Shown here: one piece after another, positions 57,842 to 64,000 of the stretch
Layout of the letters: each line of letters opens with the position of its first letter
Position numbering within the stretch: the stretch's first letter is position 1
Virus record (IMG/VR): IMGVR_UViG_3300033144_002959
Span: 29,709-93,708 of that record
Source: a virus
Reading direction: 5' to 3' (one strand)
Length of the DNA stretch: 64,000 nt
Translations under genes and position numbers: made by a program
Notes under the pieces: generated by a model
Database searches by the model: none
What the model saw: the letters and a program-made list of their open reading frames with translations, nothing else
Told to the model about the DNA's origin: nothing

Positions 57842-57847
57842 GTCGTC

Positions 57848-58345
57848 TTATTTCCCCAATTCGCTAATAGCTCGCTTCATCTTGTCGAGAATCATACGCC
57901 CAACAGTGCCAGCTTTCGCGATTGGTTCGACGCGCTCAAATGGGCGTCTGTGCATACTACGATGTTTAGCAACCTTCTCAGCCGCCGACATGATGTGCTC
58001 TGCGGATGCGTGTCTGGCACCGTCTCTGGCACCAACAGCGATCACTGCATCCCACGGGAACGGCGTCTTGTCATGCCACACCCACGGCGTTTGGAAATCA
58101 TCGTCTTTAACCCCGTGGAAACTGAAGGCTTTTTTGAAACCCAGTTCACGCATGGTGTCACGATATTCAAAAACCGTTTCACCCGACAAATCGAAAACGG
58201 AATATACAACTCGACCATCTTCGGTTGATTCCACAAAAAGCATTGAACCGTCTTCATGCTCGGCCCAACAACCCATCGCCAGCTCATCGTTATTTTTTGA
58301 TTTGCCCGACTTGTCTTTAAGTCCCGGTACGTCTCGTGTTGACAC
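57848..58345 (-). CDS. Hypothetical protein
   Basis: GTG start with CACGGAGG RBS and own promoter. Confidence 0.7.
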   Translation of the reverse strand: MSTRDVPGLKDKSGKSKNNDELAMGCWAEHEDGSMLFVESTEDGRVVYSVFDLSGETVFEYRDTMRELGFKKAFSFHGVKDDDFQTPWVWHDKTPFPWDAVIAVGARDGARHASAEHIMSAAEKVAKHRSMHRRPFERVEPIAKAGTVGRMILDKMKRAISELGK

Positions 58346-58375
58346 AGCTTCCTCCGTGATTTTATTTGGTCAGAC

Positions 58376-58404
58376 ACCATAGCCTGACTGTTCTAATTTG
58401 TCAA
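58376..58404 (-). promoter_or_regulatory. Sigma70-like promoter
   Basis: TTGACA-aattagaacagtcaggc(17)-TATGGT. Confidence 0.65.
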
Positions 58405-58616
58405 ATGCCACGGCGAAACGTACCCATACTATCCAATTGATTGGACGGATGCGGTTCCCCGAATCCCTTACACGCTCCACACCTGTGCCGCTCTTTGTAT
58501 CGGCCTGCACGAATATTGAAGACGTCTTCGGCCCCACGTTGTTTCGGGTTCGCCATGCCTGAGCCTTTGCAATATTGACAAACGACTACGTCACCTGTTG
58601 TCGTGTACGTTGTCAT
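58401..58616 (-). CDS. DnaJ-type zinc-finger microprotein
   Basis: CQYCKGSG and CGACKGFG. Confidence 0.6.
   Translation of the reverse strand: MTTYTTTGDVVVCQYCKGSGMANPKQRGAEDVFNIRAGRYKERHRCGACKGFGEPHPSNQLDSMGTFRRGI
58431..58446. promoter_or_regulatory. 16-bp palindromic site, copy 7 (1 mismatch)
   Basis: ATCCAATTGATTGGAC, 26 bp upstream of a TTGACA -35 box. Confidence 0.75.
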
Positions 58617-59634
58617 CGTGCATCGTCATTTCGAAATCTTTTTTCACCACGCCCAGCTTACGGTCACCACGCCAATGTGGCTTCACCCAAATGACTTTAC
58701 CTGACTGTAAATGCCGTGGGAATCCTCGTACTTGGTGCAATCGTTTTCTCGGTTGCTCGGCGTGATACCCAACCTGTTGCGGAGCTGGCAAATCAATCTC
58801 CAACTCACAAACAAAATGTTCGAACATCGGGCGCTCCCATCTTTTCTTTTTATGCAGCGGCTTAGTTCGCATCCCGACCTTGTGCGCTATACCGTGCTGA
58901 CGCCGCCTGAGCATCCCTGCAAGTCCGAAACTCGCCAGCCAGTTCACTATGCACACCCTGACCAATTCGATCACGTTAGCGCCCTTCTGCGTGACCTCGA
59001 CATTCGATGCCATCGCATTCAAAAATGTGGTCTCGGATAACAGCGCCCCTTTGTTGAAATGAATCTCAACCGGGCACATGCTCAGCCGTTCGTTCGCCCT
59101 GATTTTTCCGTTTTCCATTTCGACGCCGACCGGCCTGTAAAAACACATCGATACCGATATGAATTTCTCGCCTTCCTCGACGCCAAGTTCCGGGTACGCC
59201 TTCAACTTATCGGGTGACCTCGGGTCATCGTCTTCTGCCGTGGTCTCCATCAGGCTGATCACAACGTCATCATCGCCTAACCCAGTCAGCACCAACGTGC
59301 ACCACTCGTATGGCAAATGCAGCGGTCGCGTATTCAACAGATAGTTGATTTCATCGTCATACTGAATTTGCATTTCACGAATGGTGTCTATGTCCAATGA
59401 GAACTTCACCGAGCTGCGTACCACTGTTGCCAGCCACGCATCCACCACCGCCATTTCTCGGATCGTTGTATTCGCATCCCCGGTCTGTTTGAACAACGTG
59501 TTGTTGAACAAATAGTGCGGTGGCTTCGGCATGTACTTTTCAGTCGTGATCAATTTCTCGACACGCTCCAAGTGCATCAGCCACTCGTAAAATGCCGGGG
59601 GTAAATACCCCGGCTTAGCTCGCTTCCGCTTCAA
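58591..59634 (-). CDS. Hypothetical phage protein with HxVRG...WVKPHWRG motif
   Basis: 347 aa; basic C-terminal RLHQVRGFPR...WVKPHWRGD motif. Confidence 0.7.
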   Translation of the reverse strand: MKRKRAKPGYLPPAFYEWLMHLERVEKLITTEKYMPKPPHYLFNNTLFKQTGDANTTIREMAVVDAWLATVVRSSVKFSLDIDTIREMQIQYDDEINYLLNTRPLHLPYEWCTLVLTGLGDDDVVISLMETTAEDDDPRSPDKLKAYPELGVEEGEKFISVSMCFYRPVGVEMENGKIRANERLSMCPVEIHFNKGALLSETTFLNAMASNVEVTQKGANVIELVRVCIVNWLASFGLAGMLRRRQHGIAHKVGMRTKPLHKKKRWERPMFEHFVCELEIDLPAPQQVGYHAEQPRKRLHQVRGFPRHLQSGKVIWVKPHWRGDRKLGVVKKDFEMTMHDDNVHDNR

Positions 59635-60007
59635 CGATTGCCCCCTGTTTCAGAAATCCTGCGATCAACGTAGTCGATTGAGTATCGCTGTACCCGAAGT
59701 TTCTCAACTCCTGCACCCAGCCTCGACGTGTCGCCTCGGAAGCATTACCGAGCAACAACTTCTCAATAGCCTTGCCTCGCATACTGCCCACCTGAAACCT
59801 TGGTGCTACCTCGGGGACCAATACCAACATCGCATTCTGGTCACGCCGTGGTGGCGCGAGTTTCCTCTTTTTCTTGGCCTTCGGTTTAGCGAGCGGTGAA
59901 TCACTCTCACCGTATTCCATAATCGCTGCACCCGATGCGAGTGCGAATTGGACTATCTCAGTCCCGACCTTTATGTCCTGCGCGAGCAGGGTGATTTTCG
60001 TAGCCAT
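59615..60007 (-). CDS. Hypothetical protein
   Basis: 130 aa, CAGGAGG RBS. Confidence 0.65.
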   Translation of the reverse strand: MATKITLLAQDIKVGTEIVQFALASGAAIMEYGESDSPLAKPKAKKKRKLAPPRRDQNAMLVLVPEVAPRFQVGSMRGKAIEKLLLGNASEATRRGWVQELRNFGYSDTQSTTLIAGFLKQGAIVEAEAS

Positions 60008-60022
60008 AATTACCTCCTGATT

Positions 60023-60439
60023 TCATGGCATTAAAATTCGTACTCTCCCTCCGATACGCTTCGCGTACCTGACTGATGCCCACGTGCCCGACCGCTGAAT
60101 TTCTTTCGGCTGAGCTGGGGCAGCAATTAAAAAATCTGACTCTTTTACAATCATGTGATTGCGATCCAAATATGGCAACGGCGAACGTACCTGCTTTACC
60201 GGCAACTCCAACAGCATGTCCGCCATCAATCGTTTGTCTGTCGGCGGATGCGCGATTATTCGATGTATGCCTAACAACCATTTCGCGAAGTCATGAAACT
60301 CACGGTCTGCACCAACACAACAACCGTGGTGCACTTCCTCAATGCCCTCATGCTCGTGAAATGACAGCATCGTCTTAATAAGCCCAACCTTCTGCCGATC
60401 AGACAAGCCATCGCGAGTACCGGTAAAGCCTAAGATCAT
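60023..60439 (-). CDS. SLOG-superfamily (YspA/DprA-like) protein
   Basis: ILGFTGTR, HHGCCVGAD, LDRNHMIV, SGTWASVRYA. Confidence 0.82.
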   Translation of the reverse strand: MILGFTGTRDGLSDRQKVGLIKTMLSFHEHEGIEEVHHGCCVGADREFHDFAKWLLGIHRIIAHPPTDKRLMADMLLELPVKQVRSPLPYLDRNHMIVKESDFLIAAPAQPKEIQRSGTWASVRYAKRIGGRVRILMP

Positions 60440-60675
60440 TCGCCTTTCCTCACTTCGAATAACCAGTTGAGCCTATCAGACCAGAACATCAAACGCTTCT
60501 GTCGTTCCAGTACCGCTCGCGGATTTTCCCGGCGTCTCTTGCGCCAGTAATACCGTGACGAACTGCATCGGCTACATAGCCCACGCATCTGATTTCCTTT
60601 TGGATACTCACCGTCCAGTGGAACAATAAGCCGCCCACACTTAGGGGTATCGCAAAGATTTTTTCTTCGTGCCAT
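60436..60675 (-). CDS. Small basic zinc-finger protein
   Basis: CDTPKC...GLCSRC; CAAGGAGG RBS. Confidence 0.6.
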   Translation of the reverse strand: MARRKNLCDTPKCGRLIVPLDGEYPKGNQMRGLCSRCSSSRYYWRKRRRENPRAVLERQKRLMFWSDRLNWLFEVRKGE

Positions 60676-60707
60676 CGTCTAGCCTCCTTGTCGAAACTGG
60701 TCGTGAC

Positions 60708-60736
60708 ACCTTAATGTGTTTGGTCTGGTTTGTCAA
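60708..60736 (-). promoter_or_regulatory. Sigma70-like promoter
   Basis: TTGACA-aaccagaccaaacacat(17)-TAAGGT. Confidence 0.6.
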
Positions 60737-61145
60737 ATGGAGGATCGATCATTTCCAGAGCGATCTTGTACTTCGCAGCCAGCTTCGGTGGCGGAGCATT
60801 CCCAAGGTTCACCATCAGATCGGCGCTCTTCACGAACACGGCCAAATCGTTTTTCCTGACCCTGTCTATATATTCGAAATACGTCTCGTCTTCCCTTTTG
60901 GTAATCGCGTCAACTGCCTCAACGATCACATCGTCAAAGAACAATCTCAGGCCATCAAGGGTGACTTCCGTATCCTCAACCACATCATGCAAATAGGCCA
61001 CAGTCACTTGTGCGTCCGTTGCCCCGGTAGCCTTAACCAGCGTAGCAACCTCTTCGACATGCCTCTCAAAATAAGGCTTGCCCTTATAAAGTTTCCCGGT
61101 CCCATCATGCGCCAGCTTGGCAATAAATGCCGCTTTCAATTTCAT
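60711..61145 (-). CDS. Small alarmone hydrolase-like HD-domain protein (Mesh1/SAH-like)
   Basis: LAH, KPYFERH, YLHDVVEDT, VDAITK, VKSAD..N. Confidence 0.85.
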   Translation of the reverse strand: MKLKAAFIAKLAHDGTGKLYKGKPYFERHVEEVATLVKATGATDAQVTVAYLHDVVEDTEVTLDGLRLFFDDVIVEAVDAITKREDETYFEYIDRVRKNDLAVFVKSADLMVNLGNAPPPKLAAKYKIALEMIDPPFDKPDQTH

Positions 61146-61147
61146 TG

Positions 61148-61330
61148 TTACCTCTCTTCGTTGCCGAACGTCTCCATCCAGTACAACACAACTTCCTTGG
61201 CTTCCGCCTTGTCAACGTCGAACTCGCTCTCGACGTACGCGCCAGCACCAAACATATTCGTGGCACCGGACTCCCTCAGTCCATCCAGATAAACCAATCG
61301 TTCATCGGTCACACTCTCTGGTCTCGTCAT
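61148..61330 (-). CDS. Small hypothetical protein (LRESGxTNMF family)
   Basis: YLDGLRESGATNMFGA; ATG at 61330 with GACATGGAGGC RBS. Confidence 0.7.
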   Translation of the reverse strand: MTRPESVTDERLVYLDGLRESGATNMFGAGAYVESEFDVDKAEAKEVVLYWMETFGNEER

Positions 61331-61353
61331 TTTTCTGCCTCCATGTCTTCTGA

Positions 61354-61593
61354 TTAAACGTACACCGGCATCTTCGCAACGGTGCACACCACAACAGGCT
61401 TCAGCTTGTACAGGAATTCTTTCCCGCACTCTTCGCAGTCCACCTTGCCTTCACCCTTCAGTCCCGCACCATCTTCGTTTTTGTACGGGGACTCATTCGC
61501 CATTGCCGAAAACGGGGCATACGATATTTCCATTCCGTCTCCAGTGTGGTCGCAGTACGGGCATGTCATCGTAACTTCATTTTTCCCAGTCAT
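61354..61593 (-). CDS. Zn-ribbon protein
   Basis: CPYC...CEECGKEF; ATG at 61593 with GACATGGAGGC RBS. Confidence 0.65.
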   Translation of the reverse strand: MTGKNEVTMTCPYCDHTGDGMEISYAPFSAMANESPYKNEDGAGLKGEGKVDCEECGKEFLYKLKPVVVCTVAKMPVYV

Positions 61594-61607
61594 ACCTGCC
61601 TCCATGT

Positions 61608-62438
61608 CTAACTCAAAACTGCAACTCGGTTAACCATTGTTTCGTTAACCCCCTTGTAATCTCCGTGCTTTTTGACAGTGGCCTTGAACCGGATTTCGTC
61701 ACCGGCTTTCGGCTCCCACTTGTATCCAGAATAAAACGTGGCAAGTCTGTGCCCGCCTGAATCAATCATCTTGACCAACGTGCTGCCACCGTAATCGCTA
61801 TCGATCAACATGGTGGAAACAATCGTGGCTTCGAACTCATAACGCTTTTTCAATTCCCCGAAGTGATCATCAACTGAAACCAGCACCGCTCCGTGGTTTT
61901 CCAAGAAAGTATTCAACGCCAGATTTCGTAATTCGTCGGACGGAAAGGTGAAGTTCTCACGAGTTGCCATCCACTCCAGATAGCCCCGGTCAAACTTGTT
62001 AACCTCGACCCATGTCTTGCCAGCATACTTGCCGCCACCAAAAGTACCCAGCGGGTACCGGGTCAAATTGATCATCGTCCAGTAATCGTTATTCTCCGTG
62101 CGTTCGTTGGACTCGATTGCCAGCGCGTATGTGCGTTCCGCCATTTCCTCAGCGCTCGCTCGCGTCAGCTTTCTCATTTCCTCTTCCATGCCTTCGCGCT
62201 CGGTGATCATCGGAATGCCCATCGCCTTGCCAGCTTCGTTGGCTTTTTCCCACGCCAGATCAGCTGTGTTCGCGAGGTTCCTGTGATGAAAAGACCGAAC
62301 GGTCTTGTCCATGTATCCGCCTGCACCGCCAACCCAGCGTTCGTGCAGGTAGGTTTCACGCAGGGTCCAGAACCCAAACGTGGCACCGATGCCTATGAAT
62401 AGCACCGGAGAAAAAGAATTTGCAGAGCCGTTTTTCAT
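61608..62438 (-). CDS. Hypothetical protein with C-terminal OB-like domain
   Basis: GGKYAGK...YLEW motif; SDYG...GDEIRFKATVKKH.DYKGV.ET.VNR C-terminus. Confidence 0.7.
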   Translation of the reverse strand: MKNGSANSFSPVLFIGIGATFGFWTLRETYLHERWVGGAGGYMDKTVRSFHHRNLANTADLAWEKANEAGKAMGIPMITEREGMEEEMRKLTRASAEEMAERTYALAIESNERTENNDYWTMINLTRYPLGTFGGGKYAGKTWVEVNKFDRGYLEWMATRENFTFPSDELRNLALNTFLENHGAVLVSVDDHFGELKKRYEFEATIVSTMLIDSDYGGSTLVKMIDSGGHRLATFYSGYKWEPKAGDEIRFKATVKKHGDYKGVNETMVNRVAVLS

Positions 62439-62465
62439 ACTGCCTCCATGTCAATCTACACCCCA

Positions 62466-62494
62466 ATTATCGCACAATGGGTACGTATTGTCCA
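62466..62494 (-). promoter_or_regulatory. Sigma70-like promoter
   Basis: TGGACA-atacgtacccattgtgc(17)-GATAAT; the -35 box is itself a palindrome half-site. Confidence 0.65.
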
Positions 62495-62501
62495 ATGATT
62501 T

Positions 62502-62517
62502 GTCCAATCAATTGGAC
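62502..62517. promoter_or_regulatory. 16-bp palindromic site, copy 8
   Basis: Exact GTCCAATCAATTGGAC with flanking T/A, 7 bp upstream of the -35 box. Confidence 0.8.
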
Positions 62518-62625
62518 AGTAAAATCGACCCTCGCTCCCCGCCGTACCGCTCTAGGTTTCGGGCTATGCTTCTCAGGTCGATCCATCCGGGCAAGTAGTC
62601 CATTACGGGGGTCGCCCGGTTCGTG

Positions 62626-62823
62626 CTATGTCTCTTCGTAACCGTCAAACCAGTCACCACGCTCGTTGGTAATCCGCACTCGGTCTGCTCTGGTGCAGGT
62701 ATTGGAGCTGGTCTCTGGGTCACTACAATGGGCCTGCGCCTCTTCCAGCGTTAGCCCGGACTTGATCGTCCGGTTGAAATGCCGCGACTCTTCGCGAGCG
62801 TACATTCTTATGACTTTGTACAT
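62626..62823 (-). CDS. Small hypothetical protein
   Basis: GLTLEEAQAHC.DPETSS...WFDGY; coupled to upstream gene. Confidence 0.65.
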   Translation of the reverse strand: MYKVIRMYAREESRHFNRTIKSGLTLEEAQAHCSDPETSSNTCTRADRVRITNERGDWFDGYEET

Positions 62824-63203
62824 TACGCTGCCGCCTTGGTTTCGGCCATCACTTCCTTCAGGCTTCCGCCGCTGTAATACAAATCCCGCTCGATGCCTAA
62901 CCCAAGCGGCCCCTTGTATGCCTCAAGTTCTGAGAGCAAAACGTAACCCAGCTCAGCACACACCGGATCGCCAAGATTGGCGAAACCAAACATATGCCAG
63001 TCAGCAGGATTCTCGGTTTCGTAATCCGGCTCACCATTCACTGTTGCCAGCGGGGTGGCCCGTGTCACGTACCAAGTCGCAGCACCAACCGGATTGAAAT
63101 ACTTGACTGCTATCTCATCGGTCGTGTTGCCATCCTCCGACTCAAGAAACGCCAGATCAGCTACCTTCAGCTTTTTGGCAATTGCCTTAGTCATTAGCTT
63201 CAT
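62823..63203 (-). CDS. DUF2958-like protein
   Basis: VKYFNPVGAATWYVT, MFGFANLG, ELGYVLLSEL, IERDLYY. Confidence 0.8.
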   Translation of the reverse strand: MKLMTKAIAKKLKVADLAFLESEDGNTTDEIAVKYFNPVGAATWYVTRATPLATVNGEPDYETENPADWHMFGFANLGDPVCAELGYVLLSELEAYKGPLGLGIERDLYYSGGSLKEVMAETKAAA

Positions 63204-63211
63204 GCTTCCTC

Positions 63212-63481
63212 CTACAGATAATTTTCGTCGCCATCAAATTTGATGTGGACAGCCCCGGCGTTGGGCATCCCATAATCATCGACCGGCTCAAAGCCTTCAT
63301 AATCTCCGTACAGCCAGCCGTGATAATAGGCATTGTCATCGTCATCGTAGAGCGTGAAGCCCTTCGGATTGGCGCTGACATTTTCGTCCAGATCACGTGG
63401 ACCCTCGACACCAACAGCAGAATATTTGTTGCCACCGTCAAGGTAGTCTTTATCGATTTTCCATCGATAGGTAGCGGTCAT
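63212..63481 (-). CDS. Hypothetical protein
   Basis: FTLYDDDDNAYYHG...PVDDYGMPNAGA; coupled. Confidence 0.65.
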   Translation of the reverse strand: MTATYRWKIDKDYLDGGNKYSAVGVEGPRDLDENVSANPKGFTLYDDDDNAYYHGWLYGDYEGFEPVDDYGMPNAGAVHIKFDGDENYL

Positions 63482-63678
63482 TACGCTGCCACCGGGAACG
63501 GCCCAGCCGCCTCATCCAGATCAACTACCGCAGTCAACTCCAGCACGTTGTCTCGTGCATAACGTGCCGCAACTGCGTTAGCTCGCGCACTGCCGAATGC
63601 TTCAAACTCAACCACTGGGCGCGGCGTCTCTGGCGCAACAGGCGTAACGTATTCGTAAAACGCTGTGTATTTGCTCAT
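63481..63678 (-). CDS. Hypothetical protein
   Basis: 65 aa, GGAGG RBS. Confidence 0.55.
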   Translation of the reverse strand: MSKYTAFYEYVTPVAPETPRPVVEFEAFGSARANAVAARYARDNVLELTAVVDLDEAAGPFPVAA

Positions 63679-63689
63679 GATTACCTCCC

Positions 63690-63812
63690 CTAAAAAACGA
63701 ACGTGTTTGTGACAGCCGATGCGATTGCTAAAACCGCAACCGTAAGCGGGAGCGCGGCCATCGTTAGCGCTATCACCGCCAGCTTAAATCTCAGTAGAAA
63801 TGAAATACTCAT
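63690..63812 (-). CDS. Hydrophobic microprotein (40 aa)
   Basis: MSISFLLRFKLAVIALTMAALPLTVAVLAIASAVTNTFVF; GACATGGAGGC RBS. Confidence 0.55.
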   Translation of the reverse strand: MSISFLLRFKLAVIALTMAALPLTVAVLAIASAVTNTFVF

Positions 63813-63826
63813 ACTTGCCTCCATGT

Positions 63827-63991
63827 CTAACTAACGAAAAATGCAATAACCGGTATCACGGCTATCGTCGCCGCAACAAATCCAACAATCATCGCGACCT
63901 CAAAATTGGACACCGCGAACTCAACGCCCTCAGCCGCAGCAGCAGCATTAACAGCGTCATTCGCCAACCAGTATTCATAAGGATTATTCAT
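63827..63991 (-). CDS. Membrane microprotein (54 aa)
   Basis: MNNPYEYW...VAMIVGFVAATIAVIPVIAFFVS; GGAGGC RBS at window edge. Confidence 0.55.
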   Translation of the reverse strand: MNNPYEYWLANDAVNAAAAAEGVEFAVSNFEVAMIVGFVAATIAVIPVIAFFVS

Positions 63992-64000
63992 TTTGCCTCC

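Noticed and set aside
10731-62517. Palindrome copies as a CRISPR array, REP elements or IS ends
   Set aside because: Copies are single, kilobases apart and only 16 bp, with no spacers, cas genes or transposase.
1-64000. tRNA, rRNA, integrase/att sites, alternative genetic code
   Set aside because: None recognised by eye; long genes are intact under the standard code and end in TAA, TAG and TGA. A tRNAscan/Infernal run would be needed to exclude small RNAs.

Overview
The window is 64 kb of a tailed dsDNA phage genome, most likely a siphovirus of a diderm host (inferred from the spanin-like, lipoprotein and CsrA-like genes). Essentially every credible gene is on the minus strand. Reading from high to low coordinates: (1) an early/accessory region of small genes (64-51 kb) including DUF2958-like, an HD alarmone-hydrolase-like protein, a SLOG protein, VVA0879-like, exported FN3/lipoprotein genes and a sulfotransferase; (2) a cluster at 50.6-43.9 kb with a PPDK-like dikinase lacking its pyruvate domain, a Zn-ribbon/wHTH protein, a CsrA-like protein and two CX5R phosphatases; (3) a family A DNA polymerase; (4) the head module: portal, MuF fused to a RelA/SpoT-like synthetase plus a small coupled immunity-like gene, XkdF-like protease, scaffold and major capsid; (5) the neck/tail module: tail tube, G/GT frameshift chaperone, tape measure and an unusually large set of Ig/lectin-fold tail-tip paralogues; (6) further virion-type genes interrupted by two 2OG-Fe(II) oxygenases and a SPOUT-fold protein; (7) a lysis cassette (amidase, holin, spanin-like). 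No terminase, helicase/primase, integrase, tRNA or CRISPR array was recognised. Best leads: the truncated dikinase/phosphatase module, a 16-bp palindrome GTCCAATTGATTGGAC at 8 dispersed sites, a CsrA-like protein with CANGGAGG boxes on about 14 early-gene ribosome-binding sites, the MuF-alarmone toxin/immunity/hydrolase set, and the oxygenase/SPOUT cassette among virion genes. All family calls come from visual motif recognition; no searches were run.
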